The notes beneath the pieces are model-generated. The model did no database searches, was not told where the DNA came from, and saw only the letters and a program-made list of their open reading frames with translations. Positions 25,852 to 40,890 of a DNA stretch of 64,000 nucleotides are shown one piece after another. The stretch lies in NCBI GenBank assembly GCA_964016885.1, contig OZ024741.1, positions 287,742,001-287,806,000 on the forward strand. Reading direction: 5' to 3'. The stretch is from Eledone cirrhosa (Eukaryota). Numbering within the stretch: the first letter of the stretch is position 1; each line of letters opens with the position of its first letter. The position numbers were made by a program, and so were the translations under genes.

Positions 25852-27460
25852 GAAAAATTGAACAGGGACAGAACAGAGAGGCAGTACGACAAATGTTTAT
25901 TAAATTCACGCTCAGGAGAGTGGGGGGTAGGTGGGGGACGACGTTTCGGGCATAAGCCCTTCTTCAGGTGAGAGTTCAAAAGGTGTGTAGGGGAGTGGTG
26001 GAGAGACATATAGCGAAAGGAAACGGTGCGAATGAAAAATTAACAAATAAAGACAAAAATATAATAAATAATAAATAAAAATAAAGCATGATCAAAATAC
26101 AAGGAATGAGAAAATTTAAAAATAAAGGCATGATCAAAATAAACTGAAATTAAAAGGGGGGGTAAACAGGTGGTGGAAGGGTGTGGGGTGAGTAGAGGTG
26201 GTGGCGGGTGGAGTGGGGAGAGGGAGACGGGGTGTCCGAGCGGGGAGGGCTGAAGGTGGTGTGTGTGGTTAGGTGTGCGTGTGTGTGTGTGTGTGTGTAT
26301 GTGAAAGTGAGGGTTGGGGGAAGAACGGGGTTGCATGTTCAGTAAGGTGTGTGTGGGGGGTGTTTTTGTGGGTCGGAGGGTCTGTGCGTGTGTGGATAGG
26401 GGGTGGGGGGAGAGGAATCAGGGGGCTGAGGGTGTAAATATGTGGTGGGAAGCACGTGTGTGTGGTTTAAGCGTGTTGTGGGTGTGGGTGGCGTGTGGAT
26501 AAAAAAATTTGTTTTGGGGTGTGTGTGTGTGGGTGAGTTATATAGGTGGTGGTGTAAGAGGGTGGTTGAAAAGTGGTAAGTTACACGGATGTATGGAGAT
26601 TTTGGTGAGAAGTCAAAACGCGTGTGGGTAATCCAAGAAGCGGTGGTCGGAAGAGGAGAGATGTGGGGTGCGCGCGCAACAGGAAGTGGTCAGCAGTGGA
26701 AGTGCTGTGGTCAGTTGGTGCTGAGACAGTGGTCGGAAGGGCATAGCAGCAGTCGGCGGAATGGTAGGGAGGCGAGGATGGGTAGGTGTGAGAGTTGGAG
26801 TGAGGAGGGTGTGTGCGTGTGTGTGTGTATTAGTGGGGTGTTAGTGGGATGAGTGAGTGTGGAGCGGGGAGAGAAGAGTGTGTGTGGTTCTATGGAGGGA
26901 GTGTGGTGTACTGGTGTGTGTGTAGTTTGGTGAAGAGGTGTTAGTGGGTGTTAATATACGGGAGGTGGGGAGGGGTGGAATGCAGGTGTGAGTGGGGGTT
27001 AGTGGGGGTAGGGTGTGTAGAGTTGGTGGTGTACGAGGGTGTGTGGGTACGTGTGCGTGGGGTTGGAGGGTGTTAGTGATGTTAGTTGCGTGGGGGTGGG
27101 TGGTGTAAGTGAGTGCGTGTGTGCGTGTGATAAGGAGGGGGAGGAGGAGAAGAGGGGAGGGAAGGGATGTTAGTATGTTAGTTGGGGAAAGGTGGTCAGA
27201 TGAGGGGTGAAGTGGAGGTGTTAGTATTGTTAGTGTGGGGTGGGCGGTGAAAAGGAGGGGTGTGTTAGTGGTGTTAGTGGGGGATAAGTGTGGGGGGAGG
27301 GGGGAGGGGGTCGAACGCTAAAGGAATAAGGGTGGGGAGTTCAGGCCGGGGGGAGTGTGGGTCTGTAAGATGAAGATAGTACGTTGTTCGACCGTAAGGC
27401 GATGGGCGGGTGTTCCGTGGCACTGGAGTAGGCCACAGACTGTGCACGTTTGAGTCATGT
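25850..27460 (-). mobile_element. PLE (Neptune-like) 3' fragment: endonuclease C-terminus, 1.4-kb C-rich UTR, hammerhead
   Basis: 27318-27458 translates to ..TVCGLLQCHGTPAHRLTVEQRTIFILQTHTPPGLN..*; ends at (TA)n. Confidence 0.75.
25938..25969 (-). ncRNA. Minimal hammerhead ribozyme
   Basis: AC-CTGAAGA-A-GGGC(TTAT)GCCC-GAAACGT-C-GT; stem I only 2 bp. Confidence 0.7.
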
Positions 27461-28069
27461 CTGTCGAATCTGTTAGTACACAGGAGAAACTTCAGAGTAA
27501 CAACATTCTATATTGTCTTTAATAACGAAGATATTCTTTTCTGTGGTATTCAGTACACATTCTCTACTCGTGGCGTTAGAGCTAGTTTCTACTCAGGGGG
27601 TGGAGTTTGTTTTTACTCAACGAGTGAAGTTTAGTTACTCGTTGTGAAGTTAGTTTCTACTCGAAGAGGAGGTGGGGCTAATCGCTACACAGGAGGTAGA
27701 GTTAGTTACTACTCAAGGGGTGTGGCAATCATTAAATGAATGACGTATAATTTATTTTAATTTATTATGTTTTTTGTTAAGATGGGCAGTTGCTTTTTGC
27801 TTGCTATTATTATTGTTCTTTGCATCCAGTTCAAAATGTCGGTCACGTACATTAATGGACGCATTTTTTTTCCCTAAATCTTTCTAGCTCTTTTCATCAT
27901 TCCATTCGTGATGTACGGCATTTTAAAGACTCTGACCAACAACCTTTCTACAGATATAAAATTTAGTGTGTTATTCTCTTTTTGTTTGTTGGGGGAGGAG
28001 TAGGTATTTATGTATATATGTATGTATATGTATATATATATATATATAGATGTGTGTGTGTGTGTGTGG

Positions 28070-28108
<39 letters not shown>

Positions 28109-28122
28109 AGTGTGTGTGTAAA

Positions 28123-28130
28123 TATTTACA

Positions 28131-28208
<78 letters not shown>

Positions 28209-28490
28209 TACATATATACATGTACACATACATACATACTTAAAATAATTGTTTCTACTTTAGGCACAAGGCCAGCAATTACCCAGTACATTACTGGTAC
28301 TTTATTTTATCGACCCCGTAAGGATGAAAGGCAAAGTTAACCTCGGCGGGATTTGAGGTTAACTTTGCCTTTCATCCTTACGGGGTCGATAAAATAAAGT
28401 ACCAGTAATGTACTGGGTAATTGCTGGCCTTGTGCCTAAAGTAGAAACAATTATTTTAAGTATGTATGTATGTGTACATGTATATATGTA

Positions 28491-28523
<33 letters not shown>

Positions 28524-28536
28524 GTACATGTAAATA
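28123..28536. repeat. Inverted duplication centred in a SINE (centre ~28345-28354)
   Basis: SINE 3' half, flank and (TA)n are all mirrored. Confidence 0.85.
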
Positions 28537-28660
28537 CATACTTAAAATAATGTCACTCTACTGTATGTAGTGGTGTTTGCAACCTGTAAAATATATATAT
28601 ATATATCAGTATGTCTCTTGAAACACCTACACAATAATACACACACAGACACACACACGC

Positions 28661-28704
<44 letters not shown>

Positions 28705-28734
28705 GCACACACACACATACACACACACACATAC

Positions 28735-28765
<31 letters not shown>

Positions 28766-28868
28766 CATGTGTGTGTGTATGTGTGTATACGTTCATATAT
28801 ACGTACATATCTGCATGTATATATATATATATATATATATTATTTATTTGTTCATAGAGGGAACAAAG

Positions 28869-28956
28869 GTGCTACCAAGGTTTCAAAGCTCAAAGTTGAC
28901 CGTACCGTACCTCCAGAATACAAGCGAGATCAAATTAATGAGCTTTGTTCAAGTAC
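28869..28956 (-). ncRNA. Decayed hammerhead with long stem II
   Basis: GTAC-TTGAACA-AAGCTCA..TGAGCTTT-GAAAC(CTTG)GT-A-GCAC. Confidence 0.5.
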
Positions 28957-29237
28957 TAATACGAGTTTATAAAGTTTTCTATAAACGCGTTTTTACGAAA
29001 GAAAACGTAATATAACAAAGGGAAACAACTCTAAGATATAAATTTGAAATTTGAGACTGACTACGTATTTTTATTCGTATACTATAGCAGAAGTATTGTA
29101 TTATGTGGTCAAATGTAATATAGAGACGGTAATATTTATTAATGTATTGATTACAGTAGTATAGAAAGTGTATTGTATTATATAAGTGTGGACAGAGAAA
29201 GAGAAAGATAAGATTTGACGGAAACATAGAAATCGAA

Positions 29238-29638
<401 letters not shown>

Positions 29639-29671
29639 TGTGTGTGTGTATGTATATATATACACACACAG

Positions 29672-29723
<52 letters not shown>

Positions 29724-29726
<3 letters not shown>

Positions 29727-29914
29727 AACAAGTATCACCCCGACGGCAGAGCCCAAGCCGTTTCGACGGCTATTTCAGTCCAGAAATAGCCGTCGAAACG
29801 GCTTGAGCTCTGCCGTCGGGGTCATACTTGTTCCTATTACCCACTCTACTACCCTAAGTATTGAGTACTTTGGTGCGTTATGGTCCACCTGGTTCCTTAC
29901 CACAATTCCTTCGT

Positions 29915-29916
<2 letters not shown>
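29724..29916 (+). mobile_element. Fold-back half-hammerhead element, copy 3
   Basis: Homologous to 22791-22978; centre 29765-29794. Confidence 0.75.
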
Positions 29917-29984
<68 letters not shown>

Positions 29985-30097
29985 CGAAAGATTTCCTGGT
30001 GGAACTTCAGGTGTACTCCGGGCTGGTATCCAGTTTCGGTGTGAAAATCCAATTAGAAAATCCAACGAACTGATTGTGTTGTTATTTCTATTTACCT

Positions 30098-30145
<48 letters not shown>

Positions 30146-30159
30146 TATATATATAGTCA

Positions 30160-30345
30160 TTGTTTCTACTATTGGCACAAGGTCAGCAAACACCCAGTAC
30201 ATTACTGGTACTTTATTTTATCGACCCCGTAAGGATGAAAGGCAAAGTTAACCTCGGCGGGATTTGAACTCAGAATGGCAAGGGCCGTAATTCTATGCGT
30301 CAAAGCATGGCGTCCGACTCTCTACCGATACTGCCAATTCACCAG
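30160..30345 (-). mobile_element. SINE, full length
   Basis: A/B boxes and core as in 3581-3810. Confidence 0.85.
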
Positions 30346-30431
30346 TAATAATAATAAATTTGAAGACTAAAATCCAAAGAGGGCTCGATAAGGATAAATA
30401 TATATCAAATATATAAGAACCGTAAAGCAAA
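30344..30431. repeat. Dispersed repeat, inverted copy of 1-87
   Basis: tgaagactaaaatccaaagagggctcgataagga matches the reverse complement of the window start. Confidence 0.8.
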
Positions 30432-30519
30432 TATTTATTAAAATAACAGAGCAGATATTTATTAAAATAACAGATTAAAGTTAAGCGATTCTTTGCTTAA
30501 ACTTTAATCTGTTATTTTA

Positions 30520-30655
<136 letters not shown>

Positions 30656-30670
30656 CTCACCATCGCTAAA

Positions 30671-30967
30671 GTGGCGTCTGAGACTTGGACAATGACCAAG
30701 AGACTCAGTCAGGTAGTTGATGGATATTACAGAAGGAAGTTAAGGATGGCTCTGAACATTAATCAGTATGTACTGAGTATTAAGAACTCAGAGCTGTACG
30801 TCAGCCTACCAAACGTCAGCTCGAAAGTGATACAAAGGAGACTGAGGTTAGCTAGACATGCTCACCGATATTCAGAGTCGACACTGCACTCAGTGGTCCT
30901 GTGGGAGCCCCTACACGGTCACACTGGAAGAGGGAGACAGACACTGGACTCTGGGAGTCACGCGTGA
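30671..30967 (+). pseudogene. RTE-like LINE C-terminal fragment
   Basis: SETWTMTK..DG.Y.R.LRMALNI..RRLRLA.H..LWEP.HG..GRGR. Confidence 0.75.
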
Positions 30968-31017
30968 CATACCGGCGTTGATAGAACTCCTCCATGGATC
31001 TCGGGAATTTTAACAAT

Positions 31018-31076
<59 letters not shown>

Positions 31077-31157
31077 GTGTATCCCAGTTTCATACTCTGC
31101 TGTGTATTGAGTAAGTAAGGTACACAATACGTAGCAGAGTATAAATATTCAATATAG

Positions 31158-31258
31158 AAATGGCCTCTACAGGACTAGAACTGTTTCATTCGGAGAAAGT
31201 CATCAGGACCTGATGATTTCTTCCGAATGAAGCAGTTCTAGTCCTATAGAAGCCATTT
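31158..31258. ncRNA. Back-to-back hammerhead palindrome, same family as 8232-8324
   Basis: catcagg-a-cctgatg centre at 31208; - strand copy CTGATGA..GAA-ACAG(TTCTAGTC)CTGT-A-GAGG. Confidence 0.7.
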
Positions 31259-31408
31259 ATATATATATAATAATGTATTGGAGATCGAATAACGCAACAT
31301 CAAGCGATTAGCGAACTCTAGACCCACATGATCAACGAAACAATTGTCAATACTTTAAATAAAGCCCTTATTGTACAGCCAACCATGTTAATCTTCATTC
31401 TTTAAATA

Positions 31409-31487
<79 letters not shown>

Positions 31488-31631
31488 TAAGTTGTTAAAC
31501 AGTATTCAATGATCATGTCAAGGAATGAGTTTTACAGTAGATTGGAAGCACTCAACGGTAAAATAATTTTCTGGAGTTATTAATATTAAAATATAAGTAT
31601 TAATAAAATAGATGTTCTTTTGATCAATTAT

Positions 31632-31684
31632 ATTTTATTATACATATTTCGGATGTACAACAGTACGTCCTCATCAGACAAAAT
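31632..31684 (-). ncRNA. Hammerhead ribozyme in PLE 3' region
   Basis: ATTTTGT-CTGATGA-GGACGTAC(TGTT)GTACATCC-GAAATATGTAT-A-ATAAAAT. Confidence 0.8.
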
Positions 31685-32526
31685 ATAATGATACATGACA
31701 TACCCTGAGATGTTAAATGGTTACGATTTAATCAAGGTAGTGATTACCCGATAGAAAATTTTGCTTATATAATATATGTGTGAAAGTGCGAAAACGTAAT
31801 GAATTCATTGGAGAATGTGTGAGTTAGAAAAAACGTTGCATACTCTAAGTGTTTTAAAATTTTAAATTGTATGATACTACAATATATCTAAGGAAACGTC
31901 TCATGAATCATAACAGCCAGTGATAGCCACTGGAAAAAGATTTATAAGGAGGGAAAGATAAAGTGTGTAGGGGGGGGGTAGAAAATTAAACGGTTAGATT
32001 TGAAAATATTTAATTTATAATATTAATGTGAAGATTCCAGATTTCAGGATTATTTGCTATTTATTTATATATTATTTATATAAGTGTGTTATCATTTTTA
32101 AACTTCTGAATTGTGAGAATAACATTTTAAAGGATTTAGCTGGCACATAAAGAATGAAATATTATACTGTTGATTAATTACCTAAATCTAAACTTTAACA
32201 AATATCCCAACATATTAGGTATGTAAAGCTTTTGAAGTACTTATTGTTATAAATATTCGAATAACTATTATGCATATAGGTATATATTAATGAGTCAGTA
32301 TGTTTAAGGTAAATAATACCGACGAAGATAAAAATAAAATAAAATAATATGTTACGGATAAATTTATACATATGTATAATTGGGGGTAAATGTACTAATT
32401 ATTCTTCAACCAAGATATCAACATATTATTAGATATATGGATGTATATATATAGATATATATTAGGTATTATTAATGTAGTATAAGGTAAATGATAACAC
32501 CTATACTCGCAACAACGTGTTACATT

Positions 32527-32640
<114 letters not shown>

Positions 32641-33276
32641 AAAAACGAACAATGAGTGCATGTATAAAGTTCAAAATAATGTCTATAATAATTTTTAGTT
32701 TGGATATTTTCTCTATATTTTAATCATGTGTATAGAAGTATGGTAGGTATATTAAAAAATATTTAAAAATATATAAAATACAATATATAACTACATATAT
32801 ATTATAATACATTATATTATAAATAAATAAATAAATAAATAAGAGATCGAAAGTACATTGAAAAATTCACATTTATATATAAGTTTGAATCCGTCTCAAA
32901 TTTAGATTTTATAGTGCAGTAAGTATATTTAAAAGAAATATATGCTATATTATACTATAAATAATAGATCAAAAAGTCATTAAAAATTTGGAGTTATAGA
33001 TACGTTTAGTAAAAATTTTTGGATTGGGTATTAAAACTAAAATTTAAAAGAGATTACAAATGTATTAAAAATTCAGTTAAATAAATTCAATAGATATGTA
33101 AGGATTAGGTATTGTACTAAAATATAGATAAATGATGATGTTGATCAAAGTTAACAAATAAAGTTGTGTGTATCAATGTTTAGGTATGCTAATTGAAATA
33201 TTGTCATTCATTCTAACGTTGTTTTTTTCTGTAGATATTTATATAATAAAACAATATTAAAGGCCATTGATGTTCT

Positions 33277-33858
33277 TTACTGTTGATTATATATTCCTGG
33301 TAACAGAGTTGTTATTGGTTCTTTCTTTCTCGTTTTATGTGAGGCTAAAAAAGTGGACATAGCTTTATGGAGGCAATTAGAGAATAATTCACTTTTTTTG
33401 TTAATTAGGGTCTCATAATTATTAATAATCAACAGGGTCTCCATTGTACAGAGCGGGCAGTTATTTGATATACTAGAATTGCGGTAAATTCCACAGTTCC
33501 GAAGTTTTGTCCAAAGAATGGAGTATTCCAGATTCCTCTCTTTTAAAGACCATATGAGCTGTGATAAAGACGTGGATGATTTCTTCTTATAGTTCGAGAA
33601 TGAGCATTTATGGTTCGCGAAACGAAGTTTGAATGTGGACGAGGTTGATCCAATGTAATTGTATGTTTTATGGTCAGTTTTTATGGTGCATTTATAAACC
33701 AAATTACTATCTAAACAATTATTTTGCAAAGGGCAATTACTTTTATTTCTACAATTATAATTTGGTTTAGTATCATTAATGTTAACTCTATTATTATGAT
33801 CATTATGTTGGTTTGGTTTTAGGATTTTGGCGTTTAATTTGGCGATGTTTTGGGCCAT
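33277..33858 (-). pseudogene. PLE GIY-YIG endonuclease (Nematis-like), left arm
   Basis: NCRNKSNCPLQNNCLDSNLVYKC..YIGST..FKLRFANH..CPLCTME..INKKSELFSNCLH. Confidence 0.85.
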
Positions 33859-34675
33859 GTTACTGGTTGTAGAATTTGCGAATTTAATGGTATGTCTATT
33901 AAAAATGGAATGGTATTTATGTTGAGTAGGGAAAGAGGTGTCAAGAGCTTTAAAGAATAGTTTTGCAATTGGTGTTTTAACTGCGACCGAAGCTGGGGGT
34001 GCAAACCATGACTGGTTTAGATCACGTTCGTATTCTCGATTTATTTAGCGTATGTGTGTTTGAGTTATAGTTATTAGAGTTACTCTTATATGTGTCATTA
34101 TTTTTATTATTATTATTAGGAATAATACTTGGATTGTTATTATCTACATATTCTATATTATTCATATATCCTGCTCTTTTTAAAGCGTTGTTGTAATATT
34201 CCGCATTTTTATCAAATATATCTTTATTAGCTGATATTTTATTAATACGTTTGTGCACACTATTTACTATAGCTTTTTTTCACAGATCTAGGGTGATTTG
34301 AATATAAAGATATATTTGATAAAAATGCGGAATATTACAACAACGCTTTAAAAAGAGCAGGATATATGAATAATATAGATATATGTAGATAATAACAATC
34401 CAAGTATTATTCCTAATAATAATAATAATAATTATAACACATATAAGAGTAACTCTAATAACTATAACTCAAACACACATACGCTAAATAAATCGAGAAT
34501 ACGAACGTGATCTAAACCAGTCATATGGTTTGCACCCCCAGCTTCGGTCGCAGTTAAAACACCAATTGCAAAACTATTCTTTAAAGCTCTTGATACCTCT
34601 TTCCCTACTCAACATAAATACCATTCCATTTTTAATAGACATACCATTAAATTCGCAAATTCTACAACCAGTAAC

Positions 34676-35257
34676 ATGGCCCAAAACATCGCCAAATTAA
34701 ACGCCAAAATCCTAAAACCAAACCAACATAATGATCATAATAATAGAGTTAACATTAATGATACTAAACCAAATTATAATTGTAGAAATAAAAGTAATTG
34801 CCCTTTGCAAAATAATTGTTTAGATAGTAATTTGGTTTATAAATGCACCATAAAAACTGACCATAAAACATACAATTACATTGGATCAACCTCGTCCACA
34901 TTCAAACTTCGTTTCGCGAACCATAAATGCTCATTCTCGAACTATAAGAAGAAATCATCCACGTCTTTATCACAGCTCATATGGTCTTTAAAAGAGAGGA
35001 ATCAGGAATACTCCATTCTTTGGACAAAACTTCGGAACTGTGGAATTTACCGCAACTCTAGTATATCAAATAACTGCCCGCTCTGTACAATGGAGACCCT
35101 GTTGATTATTAATAATTATGAGACCCTAATTAACAAAATAAGTGAATTATTCTCTAATTGCCTCCATAAAGCTATGTCCACTTGTTTAGCCTCACATAAA
35201 ACGAGAAAGAAAGAACCAATAACAACTCGGTTACCAGGAATATATAATCAACAGTAA
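34676..35257 (+). pseudogene. PLE GIY-YIG endonuclease (Nematis-like), right arm
   Basis: Mirror of 33277-33858. Confidence 0.85.
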
Positions 35258-35918
35258 AGAACATCAATGGCCTTTAATATTGTTTTATTTTATAAATATC
35301 TATAGAAAAAACAACGTTAGAATGAATGACAATATTTCAATTAGCATACCTAAACATTGATACACACAACTTTATTTGTTAACTTTGATCAACACCATCA
35401 TTTATCTATATTTTAGTACAATACCTAATCCTTACATATCTATTGAATTTAAATAAATTCAATAGATATGAATTTTTAATACATTTGAATTTGAATTTTT
35501 AATACATTTGTAATCTCTTTTAAATTTTAGTTTTAATACCCAATCCAAAAATTTTTACTAAACGTATCTATAATTCCAAATTTTTAATGACTTTCTGATC
35601 TATTATTTATAGTATAATATAGCATATATTTCTTTTAAATATACTTACTGCACTATAAAATCTAAATTTGAGACGGATTCAAACTTATATATAAATGTGA
35701 ATTTTTCACTGTACTTTCGATCTCTTATTTATTTATTTATAATATAATGTATTATAATATATATATAGTTATATATTGTATTTTATATATTTTTAAATAT
35801 TTTTTAATATACCTACCATACTTCTATATACATGATTAAAATATAGAGAAAATATCCAAACTAAAAATTATTATAGACATTATTTTGAACTTTATACATG
35901 CACTCATTGTTCGTTTTT

Positions 35919-35949
<31 letters not shown>

Positions 35950-36793
35950 TTAAATGTAACACGTTGTTACGAGTATAGCTGTTTTCATTTACCTAAAGTA
36001 TACTACATTAATAATACCTAATATATATCTATATATATACATCCATATATCTAATAATATGTTGATATCTTGGTTGAAGAATAATTAGTACATTTACCCC
36101 CAATTATACATATGTATAAATTTATCCGTAAGATATTATTTTATTTTATTTTTATCTTCGTCGGTATTATTTACCTTAAACATACTGACTCATTAATATA
36201 TACCTATATACATAATAGTTATTCAAATATTTATAACAATGAGTACTTCAAAAGCTTTACATACCTAATATGTTGGGTATTTGTTAAAGTTTAGATTTAG
36301 GTAATTAATCAACAGTATAATATTTCATTCTTTATGTGCCAGCTAAATCCTTTAAAATGTTATTCTCACAATTCAGAAGTTTAGAAATGATAACACACTT
36401 AAATAGCAAATAATCCTGAAATCTGGAGTCTTCACATTAATATTATAAATTAATTATTTTCAAATCTAACCGTTTAACTTTCTACCCCCCCCCCCCCCAT
36501 ACACACACCACACACTTTATCTTTCCCTCCTTATAAATCTTTTTCCAGTGGCTATCACTGGCTGCTATGACTCATGAGACGTTTCCCTATATATATTGTA
36601 GTATCATAAAATTTAAAATTTTAAAACACTTAGAGTATGCAACGTTTTTTCTAACTCACACATTCTCTAATGAATTCATTACGTTTTCGCACTTTCACAC
36701 AGATATTATATAAGCAAAATTTTCTATCGGGTAATCACTACCTTGATTAAATCTTAACCATTTAACATCTCAGGGTATGTCATGTATCATTAT

Positions 36794-36846
36794 ATTTTGT
36801 CTGATGAGGACGTACTGTTGTACATCCGAAATATGTATAATAAAAT
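36794..36846 (+). ncRNA. Hammerhead ribozyme in PLE 3' region (mirror)
   Basis: Identical motif on the + strand. Confidence 0.8.
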
Positions 36847-36886
36847 GTAATTGATCAAAAGAACATCTATTTTATTAATACTTATA

Positions 36887-36944
<58 letters not shown>

Positions 36945-36945
<1 letters not shown>

Positions 36946-39090
36946 CCTGACATACCATGACTATTTTGATGGTTATAATTTAGTCGTGGCAGTGATTAGT
37001 TATTACAAAACTCGATATTTATATACCTTAAGTTGAAACATGAAAAATTACATATAATACGGAGGGTGCGTATGAGAATGTGTAAAAAGATATATAAATA
37101 ATTAATAATATATAATACATAAACTTATATAACTGTTAAAAATTTAAATAATAATATATTCATACCTCATTATTGTTGATAGTGGAAGTGATAGATCGAG
37201 ATAGCAAATCATGAGGAAAGAGAGAAAAAAAAAGGAGATTTGATCGTAGGAACAAGAGAAGGGTGAAATGATCAAATGATAGAGAGAGGAAAATAAGTTA
37301 AATCGTATAATCAAAGGGAGGGAGATATGTAATGTAACATGTAAATAGCGTATAATTAGATAGGGGGAAAGAATAATGCGTGACCGTTTATTTTCAAATC
37401 CTAAGTTAATTGAAAATACTAAATTAATCAAATGACCTAAAATTTTAGACTATAAAATTTTAAAGGATTTATATTATTGTATTATATCTGAGTTCAAGCA
37501 AATGTAACGTGAAAGAGATAAATTTATGTCCATCATAACTCCAAATGTATTCAAAAGTATATTTAATAGTATATTAAAATCAAGAATATAATCAATATAT
37601 TAGTAAAAAAAAACTTAAAATTAAAATGTTATTAATAAGTCATTATTATAAATGTATCTAATAAGATATAATTAAACCAGATTTATCTAGATATACACAT
37701 TTATATAATTTATATATAGACTATAATTTTTAGGTTTAAGACGATATTATTCACTTATATGTCGTATAATTTCTGTTGAGAGTGTTATAAATTTAATTCA
37801 ACTAGATTTTACTGTATTTAAAATTTTACATCAATTTAAGTATACAAAAAATGTATCAACTTGGATCTATGGAGACTTTTATACTATAATCATATCCTCG
37901 TGAATCGTAAACAACCATTCAAAGTAATTAAACGGTTTACAAGTCTGAATACATTAAAGGTATCAAATATATAAGATATAAGATTTAGAAAATACGAAAA
38001 CCAAAATTAAATGTATTTAAACAATGTAAAGGTCATACGTACTCAACAAGAGATCAGGTTAAGATTTTCAATGTTGAGGTAGAAGCCCTTAATCTAATAT
38101 TAATAATAGTATAAATAATAAAAGCATTACAAGAATTTTTAATCTGAGACAATATTGTTTTACACTCAGAGTTATTAATAAACGTCTAAATCATTTCACA
38201 TTTATTCAATGTTTTTTCCTGATTTTTTGTGAAGCTTGGAATGTAGATGTAGCTTTGTGCAAGCAATTTGAGAATAATTCACTTTTTTTGTTAATTAACT
38301 TATCATAATTAGTAATTATTAATAGGGTCTCCATATCATAAAGATTGCCGTTAGGTGATGTGTATGAATTAATGTAGACTTGGCTATTACAGAGTTTTGA
38401 TAAAAATATTGAGTACTCTAAATTTTTGTCTTTCAAGGACCATATGAGTTGTGATAAAGAAATGGAGAATTTCTTATCCGGATTCGAAAAAGAGTGCTTG
38501 TGATTCGAATATCTTAATTTAAAGCTCGATGAGGTTGCTCCTATATAGTTGTAGGTGATGTTATTTGCTTTAACAGTACATTTATAAACTAGGTTCTTAT
38601 CAAGAAAATTATTTTGCAGAGGGCAATTCGATCTATTTCTACAGTTACATTTCGATTTACTGTTATTATTATAATTTAAACTGTACACGTTATCATTGCT
38701 AATAGATGAAGGTGTTCTGTTGTGAGTGCTTAAGTTAATGTTATTGTTATTCACAGTATCAATGTTATTGCTAATGTTAATATTGCCATTTCCCTAATTG
38801 TTTTTTGGTTATGATTAAGAATTCTACTATTTATTTTTGCAATGTTCTGTGCCATATTCATAGTTGTTGAGTATGATAGCTTAATTGTATGTCTATTGAA
38901 TATAGAATGGTATTTATGTGTACTGGGAAAGCATTTATCTAAAGCCTTAAAGAATAAATTTGCCAGGGGTGTTTTGATAGCTAAAGATGGGGGAGGTGCA
39001 TACCAAATCACTGCTTTGGTTCTGATTTTTTTCCGAGATGTATTCACGACATTATCATTTTTATTTATAGTCCGCTTTATAGTCTGTATA
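36945..39090 (-). mobile_element. Another Nematis-like PLE 3' fragment (ORFs 38751-39047 and 38206-38754) with AT-rich UTR
   Basis: VIWYAPP..FFKALDKCFP..IFNRHTIKLSYS; CNCRNRSNCPL..YIGAT.. Confidence 0.82.
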
Positions 39091-39207
39091 GCTTAGCCAT
39101 TCAACAAATAAGGGTCAATAAAATTAATACTGGGCTTGCTGATATTGATTAAAACACTTCAATGGTGATGCCCCAGCGTGACCTAAATCAAGTGATTGAC
39201 GTATATA

Positions 39208-39260
<53 letters not shown>

Positions 39261-39285
39261 ATATACGTCAATCATTCCCTTTTTA

Positions 39286-39355
<70 letters not shown>

Positions 39356-39572
39356 AAGAGGGAATGTGGGTGAGATGATAAGGAAGAGAATAATTGAGAG
39401 TCTAACGGAGATTTGACACGACTGAGTGAAAGGAAACTGCGTGTGTCTCTGTATACGAAATCAAAATGTATGGATTTGTATATATGTGTCTGTGTGTATA
39501 TATATATATGTGTGTATGTGTGTATGGGTGTGTATGGATGTGTGTGCGTGTGCGTGTGCGTTTCTGCGTGTA

Positions 39573-39611
<39 letters not shown>

Positions 39612-40751
39612 TATAATGTATATATGTTCGCCCATTCATTCTGACAAATACTCACTTAAGATCTATATGTTCGTGTGTATATGTTTGTGTAAATATGCAT
39701 GTGTACGTTTGTATATGTATATCAACGTATGTATATATGGCTGCATATATACGTTTCATCTTCTATGAATATATGTATGACTTTTGTACTGTTGTGATAT
39801 ATTCTTAAGTTTCCCATTATTAATAATGACAAGATTCCACTATATTTTTGACAATTTAATGTATTAATATTTCCTGTTTTTGTTTGTGTATGTATCTGCG
39901 TGCGTGTGTGTGTGTGTATCTGCGTGTGAGTGTGTGTGCGTGTGTGTATGCGCGTGCGTAAGTGTGTGTATCAACAAAGAGTTGAGACGAAAGTTCCAAA
40001 TGGGAGCGCCTCTGAATGAAATGTATACATGCAAATAGAGTCTCAAGTTCTGAATAAGGCTTATGCGGAAAGATTCAGTGAATGGAGACTATACACGCAA
40101 TCACTAAATAGAACCTCCTTTCAGATCTCTTGTGAGAAGCAAGAAAGAGGGGAGAACTACAACAGCCTGAGCTGATGTAATTCCTTTGGGGCAGTTTTAG
40201 ACAATGCTCTGGTATATATGCTAGTTTCACTCCCAAGATATTGTCTAAAGTTTTTTCCAAAGATCTCGGGATCAACTAAGAATATAGTAGTCCTTTCCCT
40301 TGGTTGCTTCTTCAGTTATGTACGCCCGCAAAATGTATGTTTGTTCTTCTGGTTATATGTTTATTGTATTCTAGATAGGTTTGGCATATATATGTATGTA
40401 TGTATGTATTGTATGTATGTATTGTATGTATGTATGTATTGTATGTATGTATGTATTGTATGCATGTGTGTATGTATGTACAGTGGTGAACTGAGTCTAA
40501 AAATATTGGTTGCCAGGAGATGAAGGGGACCCACCTATAAATAGAATGCTATCATTTAATTTTTATAACGAATAAATAATATTTTCAAAAAATACATAGG
40601 TGGAAACAAAACAGATTTTTGCGGAAAAATATCTTACCTCCAATAAAAATTATTGTGTATTTTGCAAAATCCAGAGACCTTCAATAATGACCTTTGGTCA
40701 TTCACACTCACCCAATATATATATATGTGTATATGTATATATATATAGAGA

Positions 40752-40862
<111 letters not shown>

Positions 40863-40890
40863 GGGTGTGTATGATTGTGTATAGAAGATT

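Noticed and set aside
40075-40330. Non-repetitive stretch with a short ORF
   Set aside because: No recognisable motif; cannot distinguish an exon from a decayed TE.
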